A stretch of DNA of 64,000 bases from an uncultured Bacillota bacterium (lineage in GTDB: Bacteria; Bacillota; DTU025; MWDF01). The stretch covers positions 128,001 through 192,000 of the forward strand of contig CAWGMK010000007.1 of assembly GCA_963823655.1 (NCBI GenBank), in the 5' to 3' direction. A model generated the notes under the pieces. The model saw nothing but the letters and a program-made list of their open reading frames with translations. It did no database searches and was not told the origin of the DNA. The position numbers and the translations under genes are program-made. This document shows, in pieces, positions 1 through 10,124 of this stretch (position 1 is the first letter of the stretch; each line of letters starts with the position of its first letter).

Positions 1-1047
1 GTTGACCCCAAATGGGGAGTGACCAAGGGTGTGCCCTTCGCCGAATACGAAAGGGCTCTTGAATCGCACGACGACATAACGGCGTGCTACATTACCAGGC
101 CCAATTACTACGGCATGTGCCCCGAAATAAAGCAGGTAGTGAAGCTGTGCCACGATCGGAACATACCGGTGCTTGTGGACGAAGCCCACGGTGCACACAT
201 AGGCTTCCATTCCGAGATGCCGGATTCGGCGCTCGAGTCCGGAGCCGACTATGTGGTGCAGAGCGCCCACAAGACCTTGCAGGCCTTCACAGGAGGCTCC
301 TGGATGCATCTGCAGGGATCTTTGGCCGATTCCGAGAAGGCGGCCAGGATGGTGTCCCTGCTGCAGTCTACGAGCCCCTCCTACATAATAATGGCCACCT
401 TGGACCTCACCTCCTACCTTATGTATGAGATGGGCAATGAGATAGTAAACAAGCAGTACATGCTCAATAAGGCATTCAGGAAGGAAGCCAATAAGCTCAA
501 GGGCGTAAGGATCATAAACGCCGCCATGATAGACCCATTGAGGATAACGGTATCCGCGTCCGACCTTGGGCTTTCGGGAATAGAGCTGGACATGCTGCTC
601 AGGACCGAATATAGGGTGTGCGCCGAGATGGCCGATCTTGAAAACGTCGTCATAATCCAGACTGTGGCGGACGATGAAGAAACCATGGCGGCATTGCTCA
701 GCGCGCTTACGGATGTCAGCCACAGGTTCAAGGCGGACCCGAAGAAGCGATCGAAAATGGGTAGGCAGGTCGCAGCGACCTGGCTTGCGATGCAGCCCAG
801 CCCGGTCAGGATGACGATGAGGGAGGCGGCCTTCAGGGACAGCGTTACTGTGCCCTTGACCCAGGCCGTCGGCTTCGTGGCATCGGAGACGGTCTCCGTC
901 TATCCTCCCGGCATACCAGCGATACTGCCCGGCGAGGAGATAACAGCCGAGAAGGCGGTGCTGATAATAGACCTAGCCCGCTCCGGCTATTTTATAAAAG
1001 GCCTAAGAGGCTCGGAGGATTTTGCTGTCAGAGTGGTGAAACCTTGA
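1..1047 (+). CDS. Orn/Lys/Arg decarboxylase (PLP-dependent, YaaO-like), 5'-truncated by the window edge
   Basis: Frame is open from base 1; motifs VDEAHGAH, QSAHKTL (PLP Lys), QSTSPSY and YPPGIP; lies upstream of tmk as yaaO does. Confidence 0.9.
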   Translation, partial: VDPKWGVTKGVPFAEYERALESHDDITACYITRPNYYGMCPEIKQVVKLCHDRNIPVLVDEAHGAHIGFHSEMPDSALESGADYVVQSAHKTLQAFTGGSWMHLQGSLADSEKAARMVSLLQSTSPSYIIMATLDLTSYLMYEMGNEIVNKQYMLNKAFRKEANKLKGVRIINAAMIDPLRITVSASDLGLSGIELDMLLRTEYRVCAEMADLENVVIIQTVADDEETMAALLSALTDVSHRFKADPKKRSKMGRQVAATWLAMQPSPVRMTMREAAFRDSVTVPLTQAVGFVASETVSVYPPGIPAILPGEEITAEKAVLIIDLARSGYFIKGLRGSEDFAVRVVKP

Positions 1048-1076
1048 GCTTAGCTTAAGGATCTGGAGGAGAACCC

Positions 1077-1739
1077 ATGTTCATAACATTCGAAGGGCCC
1101 GACGGCTGCGGGAAATCCACGCAAGCGAAGCTTCTCGCCGAGAAGCTGGAAGCCTCGGGACGAAAGGTCCTTCTTACAAGAGAGCCCGGAGGAACTGAGA
1201 TAGGCCGCAAGATCAGGCAGATAATCCTGTCCCATACTTCCGAGGGCATGGCGCCGGAGGCCGAGGCCCTGCTTTACGCGGCGGACAGGGCGCAGCATGT
1301 GTTCGAGGTGGTCAGGCCTGCGCTTAATGGCGGAGGCATCGTGATTTCGGACAGGTTCGTGGATTCGAGCTTCGCCTACCAGGCAGTAGCGCTGAAAGTA
1401 GGCTATGAAGCCGTCAAGGCCGCAAACGATATCGCAATCGGCGGGCTGAAGCCGGACCTTACCATATTGCTCGACGTCGACCCTGCCACGGGCATAGGCA
1501 GGATAAGAAAGTCCAAGGCGAGGATCGCGGCTGAAGCTGAAGTAGACAGGATAGAGGCCAGGGACCTGGAGTACCACGCGAGGGTAAGGAAAGCCTACCT
1601 CGACATGGCAGCCAGGGAGCCCGAGAGGATCAAAGTCGTCGATGCTGCCCGGTTCGGCGTATCCGAAGTGCACCAAATGGTCTCATCCATAGTGCTCAAC
1701 TTCCTTGATAAGTGCGAAGGCAAGGCATCAAAGAAGTGA
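1077..1739 (+). CDS. tmk: Thymidylate kinase
   Basis: FITFEGPDGCGKST P-loop, TREPGG, DRFVDSSFAYQ; GGAGGA RBS. Confidence 0.97.
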   Translation: MFITFEGPDGCGKSTQAKLLAEKLEASGRKVLLTREPGGTEIGRKIRQIILSHTSEGMAPEAEALLYAADRAQHVFEVVRPALNGGGIVISDRFVDSSFAYQAVALKVGYEAVKAANDIAIGGLKPDLTILLDVDPATGIGRIRKSKARIAAEAEVDRIEARDLEYHARVRKAYLDMAAREPERIKVVDAARFGVSEVHQMVSSIVLNFLDKCEGKASKK

Positions 1740-2848
1740 AATCCGAGCATTTCCTCTTCGAGAAAAGGGCCATAGATCTCCTGGAGGGCGACATCGCCCG
1801 CAAGGAGGTCTCTCATTCATACCTTTTCTGGGGCCCGAGAGGAATCGGAAAATCGGAGCTTGCAGAGAGGTTCGCAACAGCCCTCAACTGTACAGGGAAG
1901 CGGAAGGGGCCGCTGGGCTACTGCGGCAAGTGCTCCAGCTGCTCCAAGATGAAAGAAGAAGTGCTCGTAGACTTCAACGTCAAGCGACCTACCAGGGCAG
2001 TAAGGCGCGAAAGAGGAGCCGAGGTCAAATCGTCGAAGGCGTCCATAAAAATCGAGGACGTGCGCGAGATGATAGACGACATATATATCAAGCCCAATGA
2101 GGCCAAGCACAAGTTCTGGGTGCTGGAGGACGTCCACACCATGGAAGAGAGGATGTTAAACTCGCTTCTTAAAGTGCTTGAGGAGCCCCCCGGAGATTCC
2201 GTAGTGGTTCTGACTGCCCCCTCCCCGGACGACCTGCTTCCGACCGTCATCTCAAGATGCAGGCAAGTAAAGCTGCTGCGCCCTTCACAAGATGAAGTGG
2301 CCGGATGGCTCACAGAAAGATACGGGATAGAGGAGAAGAGGGCGCAGGCTTTGGCAAAAGCTTCGGAGTGCCTGCCCGGAAGGGCGAGGGCGATGGCCGA
2401 GGACAAATGCTTTGAGCCTTTGAGGAAAGCTTTATTGGACGAGCTTATCAATGCTGCGGTTGAAAAGGGCCCCTTCGCCGCCCAGAGAGCAGCAGATTCA
2501 TTGCAGGGGCTCAGCGTCCTTGCGCTGGAAGAAGGCTTGCCCGGGACCGGCGGGCCCGCAGATCCTGACGGCGAGGCGGGCAGGCTTGCCTCCGCAGGAG
2601 GTATAATGGAATTTATAGCGGTATTTTTAAGGGACCTGGCCTACATGAGGCTGGGCTATCCGGAAGATGCTGTTGTGAATATGGACAGGGCTTCTGAGAT
2701 TTCGGCCGCTTCGGGCGCCGCAACCGGCGCACAGTGGCTTAAAAAAGCTGAAAGGGTCCAGAATCTGGCGGTTGCTGTATGGGCTAATGCGAATTTCAGG
2801 CTGGCGCTCGATGAGGCGACGTACCTGGCCGCCGGAGATTCTAACTGA
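1712..2848 (+). CDS. holB: DNA polymerase III delta' subunit (start may be GTG at 1736)
   Basis: HSYLFWGPRGIGK, Zn motif C...CGKCSSC, NSLLKVLEEPP, LLPTVISRC; follows tmk. Confidence 0.9.
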   Translation: MRRQGIKEVKSEHFLFEKRAIDLLEGDIARKEVSHSYLFWGPRGIGKSELAERFATALNCTGKRKGPLGYCGKCSSCSKMKEEVLVDFNVKRPTRAVRRERGAEVKSSKASIKIEDVREMIDDIYIKPNEAKHKFWVLEDVHTMEERMLNSLLKVLEEPPGDSVVVLTAPSPDDLLPTVISRCRQVKLLRPSQDEVAGWLTERYGIEEKRAQALAKASECLPGRARAMAEDKCFEPLRKALLDELINAAVEKGPFAAQRAADSLQGLSVLALEEGLPGTGGPADPDGEAGRLASAGGIMEFIAVFLRDLAYMRLGYPEDAVVNMDRASEISAASGAATGAQWLKKAERVQNLAVAVWANANFRLALDEATYLAAGDSN

Positions 2849-2862
2849 AAGGATGCCATGAT

Positions 2863-4161
2863 TTGGTTAAGATAACTGGGATAAGGTTCAAAAGGGCAGG
2901 CAAAGTCTACTATTTCGATCCGGGCGAGCTGGAGATGTCAATCGGCCAGAAGGCCATAGTAGAGACCGTCCGGGGAATAGAGATGGGGGATATAGTAATC
3001 TCCTCCAAGATGATAGAAGACGATTTCGTCGTGCAGCCCCTGAAGAGGATAATGAGGATTGCGACGGAGGAGGATCTAAGGCACGCCGAAGAAAACAAGG
3101 CCAAGGAGCCAAAAGCCCTGGATATGTGCCATGAGAAGATAAGGGCGCACAACCTGCCGATGAAGCTGGTAGGCGCCGAATATACCTTCGACAACAGCAA
3201 GATAATCTTCTACTTCACCGCCGAGGGAAGGGTCGATTTCAGGGAGCTTGTGAAAGACCTTGCCTCCGTTTTCAAGATGAGGATAGAGCTGCGCCAGATA
3301 GGCGTCAGGGACGAGGCTAAGCTTGTAGGCGGGCTGGGCCCTTGCGGCCTTCCGATGTGCTGCACCACCTGGCTTGGCGATTTCGATCCCGTATCCATAA
3401 AGATGGCCAAAGAGCAGAATTTTTCGCTGAACCCGGCCAAGATATCGGGCATCTGCGGAAGGCTAATGTGCTGCTTGAAATATGAATCCGGCATGTATGA
3501 CGACTCAAGGCCGAGGGCGGCTCAGCGACAGGCACCAGTACCGGCACCAAATGCGATTGCTGCCCTGGTATGCCCGGGCGCCGTGCAGTGCATAGGCTGT
3601 GATGAGTTGGAAGCCAAGCTAGATGCCTTGCCCGAGGACGAAGAAGGTGTGCTTGTAGCCGTAGTGGATGAAATCCCCGGCTTTGAGCTTTCGCAACCTA
3701 AGCCGGCCGATGCCTCCGGGGCCCCTGAAAAGGGAGCGCCACAGGCAGAAACTTCCGGAATAAATGCCGAAGCCGACAGAAAAGCGCAGGTCGCCCTGCC
3801 GAATGTGAATATTCCCAAGGCGGGCTTGCCCGCGGCGAATGTCGTCAAAAAAGAGTTCGTACCTCGGAAAAGCTGGAATGATCAGAAGAAACCCGGCAAC
3901 TTCCAGGGCCAGAGGCCGCAGGGGAACGCGAATCCCAAACCGGCTGTGACAAACAAGGCTGATTGGCAGGATTTCCAGGCAAGGGAAAAGACGGATGCGC
4001 CGAAGACGGTCGAAAATGGCAAGACCGCCGGCCTTCCCGGAGGGAATCCCCAAGGGCCCAGGCCGGTTGAGGCCAGGCGCTTCAATAACAGGAGAAGAAG
4101 CCATGGACACAGAAGGGAAGATGGGCCATCGGATCCCAACGGAAATCCTAAAGGGGAATGA
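2863..4161 (+). CDS. ricT: RicT/YaaT (PSP1 domain) with a long C-terminal extension
   Basis: GKVYYF, RVDFRELVKDLA, GPCGLPMCC, ISGICGRLMCCLKYE. Confidence 0.93.
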   Translation: MVKITGIRFKRAGKVYYFDPGELEMSIGQKAIVETVRGIEMGDIVISSKMIEDDFVVQPLKRIMRIATEEDLRHAEENKAKEPKALDMCHEKIRAHNLPMKLVGAEYTFDNSKIIFYFTAEGRVDFRELVKDLASVFKMRIELRQIGVRDEAKLVGGLGPCGLPMCCTTWLGDFDPVSIKMAKEQNFSLNPAKISGICGRLMCCLKYESGMYDDSRPRAAQRQAPVPAPNAIAALVCPGAVQCIGCDELEAKLDALPEDEEGVLVAVVDEIPGFELSQPKPADASGAPEKGAPQAETSGINAEADRKAQVALPNVNIPKAGLPAANVVKKEFVPRKSWNDQKKPGNFQGQRPQGNANPKPAVTNKADWQDFQAREKTDAPKTVENGKTAGLPGGNPQGPRPVEARRFNNRRRSHGHRREDGPSDPNGNPKGE

Positions 4162-4876
4162 GCGGTTTGACGACCTGCAACGCTCGGGCCTCAGGATAAT
4201 ACAGGACCCAAAGGGAAACAGGTTCTCCACCGACGCGGTCCTGCTTTCGTCCTTCTGCAAGGCCAAAAGCTCCGACAACGTCGCGGATCTGGGGACTGGC
4301 ACCGGCATACTGCCGCTTCTCATCTGGGCCAAATGGAAACCCAAGCATATTGTGGGCATTGAGCTGGACGAGGCCACCGCCGACATGGCTATGCGCAGCA
4401 TAATGGCCAACGGCCTGGAAAAAAGCATAGACATAATACATGCAGATCTCAAATTCTCCCCTGAAATTCTCGGCAGGGGCAAGTTCAATTTGGTCGTATC
4501 AAACCCCCCTTATATTAGGCTTGGCGGGGGTGAGCAGGGAATTTCAGGGCCCAGGGCCCTTGCGAGGCACGAGATAGGCTGCACTTTCGACGATGTCGCC
4601 GAAGCGGCGGCCTCCCTTCTCGTCCCTGCCGGCAGATTTGCGCTGGTACACAGGCCCAACAGGCTGGCGGATGTGTTCTGTTCTCTTAAGGGCCACGGGC
4701 TTGAACCGAAGCTTCTCAGGACCGTCCATACGAAACCGGATGACGCCCCGACGATGGTGCTCATATCCTCGGTGAAGGGTGCGGCGCCGGGCCTTAAGGT
4801 AGGCTCTCCTCTGGTTTTATACAAAGACGACGGCACGTATACTGATGAGACACAGGAAATATATTTCGGAGTATAA
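4103..4876 (+). CDS. trmN6: tRNA1(Val) A37 N6-methyltransferase (YabB-like)
   Basis: FSTDAVLL, DLGTGTG, SNPPY, ARHEI; AGGAG RBS before ATG 4103; overlaps the end of ricT. Confidence 0.88.
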   Translation: MDTEGKMGHRIPTEILKGNERFDDLQRSGLRIIQDPKGNRFSTDAVLLSSFCKAKSSDNVADLGTGTGILPLLIWAKWKPKHIVGIELDEATADMAMRSIMANGLEKSIDIIHADLKFSPEILGRGKFNLVVSNPPYIRLGGGEQGISGPRALARHEIGCTFDDVAEAAASLLVPAGRFALVHRPNRLADVFCSLKGHGLEPKLLRTVHTKPDDAPTMVLISSVKGAAPGLKVGSPLVLYKDDGTYTDETQEIYFGV

Positions 4877-4880
4877 AAAA

Positions 4881-4904
4881 GGCCCCTCCATGGCAAGAGG
4901 GGCC
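4881..4904. terminator. Intrinsic terminator between the convergent trmN6 and abrB genes
   Basis: GGCCCCTC/GAGGGGCC stem preceded by an A-run (U-tract on the minus strand). Confidence 0.65.
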
Positions 4905-4925
4905 GCCGTTAACTTTGAATGATCC

Positions 4926-5171
4926 TTATTTCGAGGTTTTAATTGTGCCCAAGCAGTCGGTGCATATATTCTTTCCCATGATATTGCGCATATTGTCGGC
5001 ATTGCCGCAGAATATACACGCCGGTTCGTACTTCTTGAGTATTATCCTCTCCCCGTCGACGAATATCTCAAGCGCATCCTTCTCCTGAATGTTCATCGTG
5101 CGCCTTAGTTCGATGGGGATGACTACGCGTCCTAATTCGTCCACTTTTCTGACTATACCTGTTGATTTCAT
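4926..5171 (-). CDS. abrB: AbrB transition-state regulator
   Basis: MKSTGIVRKVDELGRVVIPIELRR; C-terminal CxxC...CxxC as in clostridial AbrB. Confidence 0.95.
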   Translation of the reverse strand: MKSTGIVRKVDELGRVVIPIELRRTMNIQEKDALEIFVDGERIILKKYEPACIFCGNADNMRNIMGKNICTDCLGTIKTSK

Positions 5172-5210
5172 GAAACACCTCCGTTACCTTGATGAAATTT
5201 ACATGATGTA

Positions 5211-5813
5211 TTACACGGTAGCCTTAATCCAGCTATCATCCAGTTGTAAACCGATGATCAGCCTTCCTACCAGGTTCTGGGCGGCAACCAAGCTTGTCTC
5301 CTGAGCATAGGCTACAATCAGGATTGCCCTGTTATAGTCCGTAAGCAAAGTGTAGAGCCTAATTGGTGCCGTGCCTGAAACCGCAGTGGCCTTGCCCTGG
5401 ACAGAGAATTGCAAACCTTCAATTCCAGCGGCTTTTATGCTGATGGCGCCACTGGCTTTTGCCTCGCTCTCCCTTAGGAAGGACATCGACATTCCGTCCA
5501 AAGGACCGACGGTGAGAGTATCGAGCTTGGCTGCTGATATCTCAATAACGGGCCCTTGCGATGAAGAAACATACAGTTTCCTGAGGCCGTAAGCGTCCTT
5601 GGCCTCATAGACGGATAAGTCGCCTTCTGTGGGCAAAAGGAAGCTGAAGCCGGAGCCGTGGACGATGCTGAACCCATCGCCGGACTTTACAAGCTTCGCG
5701 ACAGTCAGAGGAGAGGTAGCCTTGACCGCAGCTATAACCCCGCCGGACAGGGATAAAGCCAGGGCCGCCGCTAGGATCACTGATAATGCTGCTTTGCTGA
5801 ACAACCTGCTCAT
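5211..5813 (-). CDS. Secreted hypothetical protein
   Basis: N-terminal basic residues plus hydrophobic signal peptide; 200 aa; co-oriented with abrB. Confidence 0.65.
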   Translation of the reverse strand: MSRLFSKAALSVILAAALALSLSGGVIAAVKATSPLTVAKLVKSGDGFSIVHGSGFSFLLPTEGDLSVYEAKDAYGLRKLYVSSSQGPVIEISAAKLDTLTVGPLDGMSMSFLRESEAKASGAISIKAAGIEGLQFSVQGKATAVSGTAPIRLYTLLTDYNRAILIVAYAQETSLVAAQNLVGRLIIGLQLDDSWIKATV

Positions 5814-5994
5814 GATGTCACTTCCTTGTCACTGTGGTGAAATCTACCATAAATTGAATATTGTTTTCAATATGCTTTTAACACAAATCAAAAATTTCCA
5901 CAAATTATGAAAAGGATCCACATAGATAATATACTCCAGATATGCCCATTTTGGTTCCCGCGGTATCCGGATTGAAACCTATAAGCCGGTTTAT

Positions 5995-6023
5995 TTGACA
6001 GTTTAGCTCTACAAAATTAACAT
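5995..6023 (+). promoter_or_regulatory. SigA-type promoter for metG
   Basis: TTGACA-17 bp-TAACAT. Confidence 0.45.
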
Positions 6024-6102
6024 ATAACTACTATAGCCGATTTATAACGGCGAGCGGAAAATAAAATGCGTTTCGATTTCCGGCCGCCTCTGGAGGTAGC
6101 AA

Positions 6103-8106
6103 ATGGAGAACAAAGCTTTCTATATAACAACGCCGATATACTACGTTAATGACCTTCCGCATATAGGGCACTCCTACACGACGATCGCCTGCGACGTCAT
6201 GGCGCGCTACAAGCGCCTGGCAGGTTTCGACGTCTACTTCCTGACGGGAACGGATGAGCACGGGCAGAAGATAGAGCGCATGGCCGAATCCAAAGGAGTG
6301 GCCCCTAAGGAGTACTGCGACGGCATAGCCGCGGCATTTCAGAAGCTTTGGGAGCGCCTCGACATATCCAACGACGGCTTCATAAGGACCACGGACGATT
6401 ACCATGTAAGAAGGGTACAGAAGATCTTCAAGAAGATCTTCGATAACGGCGACATATATAAAGGAAAGTACGAGGGCTGGTACTGCACTCCGTGCGAATC
6501 GTTCTGGCCGGAAGGCCAGCTTGTCGACGGCAACTGCCCCGACTGCGGCAGGAAAGTGGAGCGTACCGAGGAGGAAGCCTATTTCTTCAGGCTCTCCAAG
6601 TACGCCGACAGGCTCTTGAAGCTGTACGAGGACAACCCCGATTTCATACAGCCGACCACGCGCAAGAACGAGATGATCGCCTTCATAAAGAGCGGCCTGG
6701 AGGACCTTTGCGTATCCAGGACCACCTTCAAATGGGGCGTGCCCGTTGACTTCGACGACAAGCACGTAGTCTACGTCTGGATCGATGCACTCTCCAACTA
6801 CATAACCAAGCTGGGCTTCCCTGAGGACAAGGACGGCCTGTTCGGCCGCTACTGGCCGGCCGACTTCCATGTAGTGGGCAAGGAGATAGTGCGCTTCCAT
6901 TCAGTGATCTGGCCGGCGCTTCTGATGTCCATGGGCGTGGAGCTTCCCCGCTCGGTCTTCGGCCACGGCTGGTGGACCGCGGAGGGCGAGAAGATTTCCA
7001 AGTCCAAGGGCAATATGATCGACCCCGGCAAATACATTGACGAGTTCGGCTCGGATTCCGTAAGGTATTTCGTCCTCAGGGAGATCTCCTTCGGCCAGGA
7101 CGGGGACTTTTCAAGGATGAACTTCCTGCACAGGACCAATGCTGAGCTTGCAAACGACCTGGGCAACCTTCTTAGCCGCGCCACGGCTATGATCGGGAAA
7201 TTCTGCGAAGGGTATGTCCCGATCCAGGAGACTTTCGAGGAGATAGACAGGGAGTTCGAGCCCCTTGCCGCAGAGATACTTGAAAATTACAAATGCAAGA
7301 TGGACAGCATGGATTTCCAGGGCGCGTTTGCCGAAGTCATGAGGCTTGTGGGTCGCGCCAACAAATACATCGATGAGACTGCCCCGTGGAGCCTGGCAAA
7401 AGAGGAATCTGGCAAGGGCAGGCTGGGCACTGTGCTATACAATGTAGCCGAGACCTGCAGGGTGGCTGCGATATTGCTCTCGCCCGTGCTTACAAAAGGC
7501 GCGCCTGAGATCTGGCACCAGCTGGGGCTGGACGGGACGCCGGCAGACAACGATTTGGATGCGGCAAAATGGGGAGGGCTGGTTCCGGGCACCGAGGTCA
7601 GGCGCTGCGATCCGGTCTATCCGAGGATAGACATTAAGGCGGTACTGGAGCGCGACGCGGCGGAAAAGAAGGCGAAACAGGAGGAAAATGCGGCAAAGGT
7701 GAAGGCAGCAAAGGCGGAAGCCAGGGAAAAGAAGGCGGAGCCCGCGGCAGTTCCTGCCAATGCTGATGAGCCGAAGCCCTTAATCTCCATAGATGATTTC
7801 GCCAAGATAGAACTTAGGACGGCGGAAGTCATGGCTGCCGAGAAGATAGAAGGCTCGGACAAGCTTTTGAAGCTGACCGTAAGCATCGCGGGCAAACAGA
7901 GGCAGATAGTGGCGGGCATCGCCAAGCACTACGACCCGGCGGATCTTGTGGGCAAGATGATAGTTGTAGTTGCCAATCTCCAGCCCGCAAAGCTGAGAGG
8001 CAATGTTTCCGAGGGCATGCTGCTGGCGGCGTCGACTGAAGACCACTCAGAACTTGCGGTGCTGACTGTCGACAGGCCTGTTCCCAGCGGAAGCCGGGCC
8101 AAATAG
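6103..8106 (+). CDS. metG: Methionyl-tRNA synthetase with C-terminal tRNA-binding domain
   Basis: YITTPIYYVN, HIGH, KISKS, Zn knuckle, C-terminal VVANLQPAKLRG...SEGM. Confidence 0.98.
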   Translation: MENKAFYITTPIYYVNDLPHIGHSYTTIACDVMARYKRLAGFDVYFLTGTDEHGQKIERMAESKGVAPKEYCDGIAAAFQKLWERLDISNDGFIRTTDDYHVRRVQKIFKKIFDNGDIYKGKYEGWYCTPCESFWPEGQLVDGNCPDCGRKVERTEEEAYFFRLSKYADRLLKLYEDNPDFIQPTTRKNEMIAFIKSGLEDLCVSRTTFKWGVPVDFDDKHVVYVWIDALSNYITKLGFPEDKDGLFGRYWPADFHVVGKEIVRFHSVIWPALLMSMGVELPRSVFGHGWWTAEGEKISKSKGNMIDPGKYIDEFGSDSVRYFVLREISFGQDGDFSRMNFLHRTNAELANDLGNLLSRATAMIGKFCEGYVPIQETFEEIDREFEPLAAEILENYKCKMDSMDFQGAFAEVMRLVGRANKYIDETAPWSLAKEESGKGRLGTVLYNVAETCRVAAILLSPVLTKGAPEIWHQLGLDGTPADNDLDAAKWGGLVPGTEVRRCDPVYPRIDIKAVLERDAAEKKAKQEENAAKVKAAKAEAREKKAEPAAVPANADEPKPLISIDDFAKIELRTAEVMAAEKIEGSDKLLKLTVSIAGKQRQIVAGIAKHYDPADLVGKMIVVVANLQPAKLRGNVSEGMLLAASTEDHSELAVLTVDRPVPSGSRAK

Positions 8107-8108
8107 GC

Positions 8109-8876
8109 ATGAGGATATTCGATTCCCATTGCCACCTGGATGACGAGGCCTATGAGCCCGACAGGGACGATTGCGTCATAAGGGCCAGGGAGCAGGGAGT
8201 AGTCAATATCCTAAATCCGGGCTACGACCTCGTTTCAAGCGAGGCTGCGATCAAGATGGCGGCCCGTTACGAAGGTGTCTGGGCGGCTGTGGGCATCCAT
8301 CCCCAGAAGGGCGAGGAGCATAATGCTCCGAGCCTTGATGCGCTAGTATCGCTTGCGGCTTCGGAAAAAGTCGTGGCGATAGGCGAGATCGGCCTTGATT
8401 ACTACTGGATGAAATCGCCGAAAGAGGCCCAATACGAGGCCTTGCTGAACCAACTGGACCTTGCCTCATCGCTCGGGCTGCCTGTGCTTATCCACAGCAG
8501 GGATGCGTCCCAGGAGACGTTCGAGATAGTCAAGGAGCACAGAAAGAGGCTGTCCGGGCTGGTCATGCATTGCTACTCGGGAAGCGCCGAGATGGCTGCC
8601 GAATACGTAAAGCTCGGTTGCCTTATATCACTTGGAGGCCCGGTGACTTTCAACAATGCGAGAAGGGCCCAGGAGGTGGCGGCTAAAGTGCCCCTTTCAA
8701 GCCTTCTTGTTGAGACCGACGGGCCATACCTATCGCCGATGCCCTTCAGGGGAAAGCGCAACGAGCCGGCTTACACGAGGCTGGTAGTCGAGAAAATAGC
8801 GGCCATAAAGGGCATTACAGCCGATGAGGTGGCCGAGGCATCCTATGAGAATACCGTGAAGTTGCTCAAAATATAG
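8109..8876 (+). CDS. tatD: TatD family DNase
   Basis: DSHCHL, GIHP, IGEIGLDY, HCYSG, ETDGPY, RNEP. Confidence 0.95.
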   Translation: MRIFDSHCHLDDEAYEPDRDDCVIRAREQGVVNILNPGYDLVSSEAAIKMAARYEGVWAAVGIHPQKGEEHNAPSLDALVSLAASEKVVAIGEIGLDYYWMKSPKEAQYEALLNQLDLASSLGLPVLIHSRDASQETFEIVKEHRKRLSGLVMHCYSGSAEMAAEYVKLGCLISLGGPVTFNNARRAQEVAAKVPLSSLLVETDGPYLSPMPFRGKRNEPAYTRLVVEKIAAIKGITADEVAEASYENTVKLLKI

Positions 8877-8901
8877 TTCACCCAACAATAATGTCGAAAA
8901 A

Positions 8902-8931
8902 GCGGGGTAATCCAAACAAGGATTACCCCGC
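8902..8931. terminator. Intrinsic terminator between the convergent tatD and glpX genes
   Basis: Perfect 12-bp stem GCGGGGTAATCC/GGATTACCCCGC with an A-run on the left. Confidence 0.75.
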
Positions 8932-8953
8932 CGTCATTCCCAAGGATTGCTGC

Positions 8954-9952
8954 CTAAAGCATGTGCTCCCTTCCGGAGCCGCTTCTTACCATCTTCTTGC
9001 TCAAATCGTGTATCGTCATGATCCGCCTTATGGTGCCGGTACGGTATCTCATGGCAAGAGACTCTGTTACTGCCTTGTCTCCCATGTACCTTACGCCTTT
9101 GAGCATTTCGCCGTCGGTCACTCCCGTGGCGGAGAACACCAGGCCGTCGCCTTTTGCCAGGTCCTCTGCACAGAACAGCCTGTCGAAGTCGGTGAAGCCG
9201 GCATCTCTTGCCCGCTTTTTCTGATCCTCGTCCTCCAGGTACATCTTGCACTGGATCTCCCCGCCCAGGCATCTCATCGCGGCTGCCGTTATTACTGCCT
9301 CCGGCCCGCCTCCGCTGCCCATGAGCATATCTACGCCTGTGTCGGGCAGGGCGGTTGCGATGGCTGCCGCCACATCGCCGTCCTGGATGATCTTTATCCT
9401 TGCCCCGCAGTCGCGGATCTCTTTAATAAGGGCCTCGTGCCTGGGCCTGTTCAAAACGACCACAGTCAAATCCCTTACCTTTTTCCCCAGGTTGGCGGCG
9501 GCTACATGGAGATTGATCTTCACCGGCTCGTTAATATCTATGCCCTCCCTGGCGGCAGGGCCTACTGCGATCTTGTGCGCATAGAATGTGGGAAAGTGCA
9601 TCAGAGAGCCTTTGCTCGCCGCGACCAGGACCGATATTGCCCCGGGCATGCCCTTTGCCACCAGGCTGGTTCCTTCTATCGGGTCTACGGCGATGTCGAC
9701 TTCCACCGAATCCCCGCCCATTCCCACCTTCTCGCCGTTGTAGAGCATCGGAGCTTTATCTTTTTCGCCCTCGCCGATGATTATGGTTCCGTTGATCCTG
9801 ACCAGGTCCAGCATGCCTCTCATACCGTCTACTCCGGCGGCATCGATCATGTTCTTGTCGCCTGTCCCCATGAAGCGTCCGGCCTTGAGAGCTGCTGTTT
9901 CCGTAACCCTTACAAGCTCCAGAAGAATTTCCCTCTCCCTGTCGTTTATCAT
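8954..9952 (-). CDS. glpX: Class II fructose-1,6-bisphosphatase
   Basis: LELVRVTETAA, IGEGEKDKAPMLY, DIAVDPIEGT, RPRH, DGDV, SATGVTDG; AGGAGG RBS before ATG 9952. Confidence 0.95.
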   Translation of the reverse strand: MINDREREILLELVRVTETAALKAGRFMGTGDKNMIDAAGVDGMRGMLDLVRINGTIIIGEGEKDKAPMLYNGEKVGMGGDSVEVDIAVDPIEGTSLVAKGMPGAISVLVAASKGSLMHFPTFYAHKIAVGPAAREGIDINEPVKINLHVAAANLGKKVRDLTVVVLNRPRHEALIKEIRDCGARIKIIQDGDVAAAIATALPDTGVDMLMGSGGGPEAVITAAAMRCLGGEIQCKMYLEDEDQKKRARDAGFTDFDRLFCAEDLAKGDGLVFSATGVTDGEMLKGVRYMGDKAVTESLAMRYRTGTIRRIMTIHDLSKKMVRSGSGREHML

Positions 9953-10124
9953 CAGAAGAACCTCCTGCCGACGAGCCCGTGCCCGAAACTTTCGCGGCAT
10001 TTCTATAGTTTTCTAATTGGGGAGGAGAATCCTCTAAAAGGTGTGAAACAAACCGCAAATTTGACATTGAGGTTGAAGTTGGCATATCTTTTATATACGA
10101 ACTTAGAGACTAAAGGAGAAATTT

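Noticed and set aside
5880-6102. T-box or S-box leader for metG
   Set aside because: No AAGGTGGTACC-like T-box or SAM motif, and the leader after the promoter is too short
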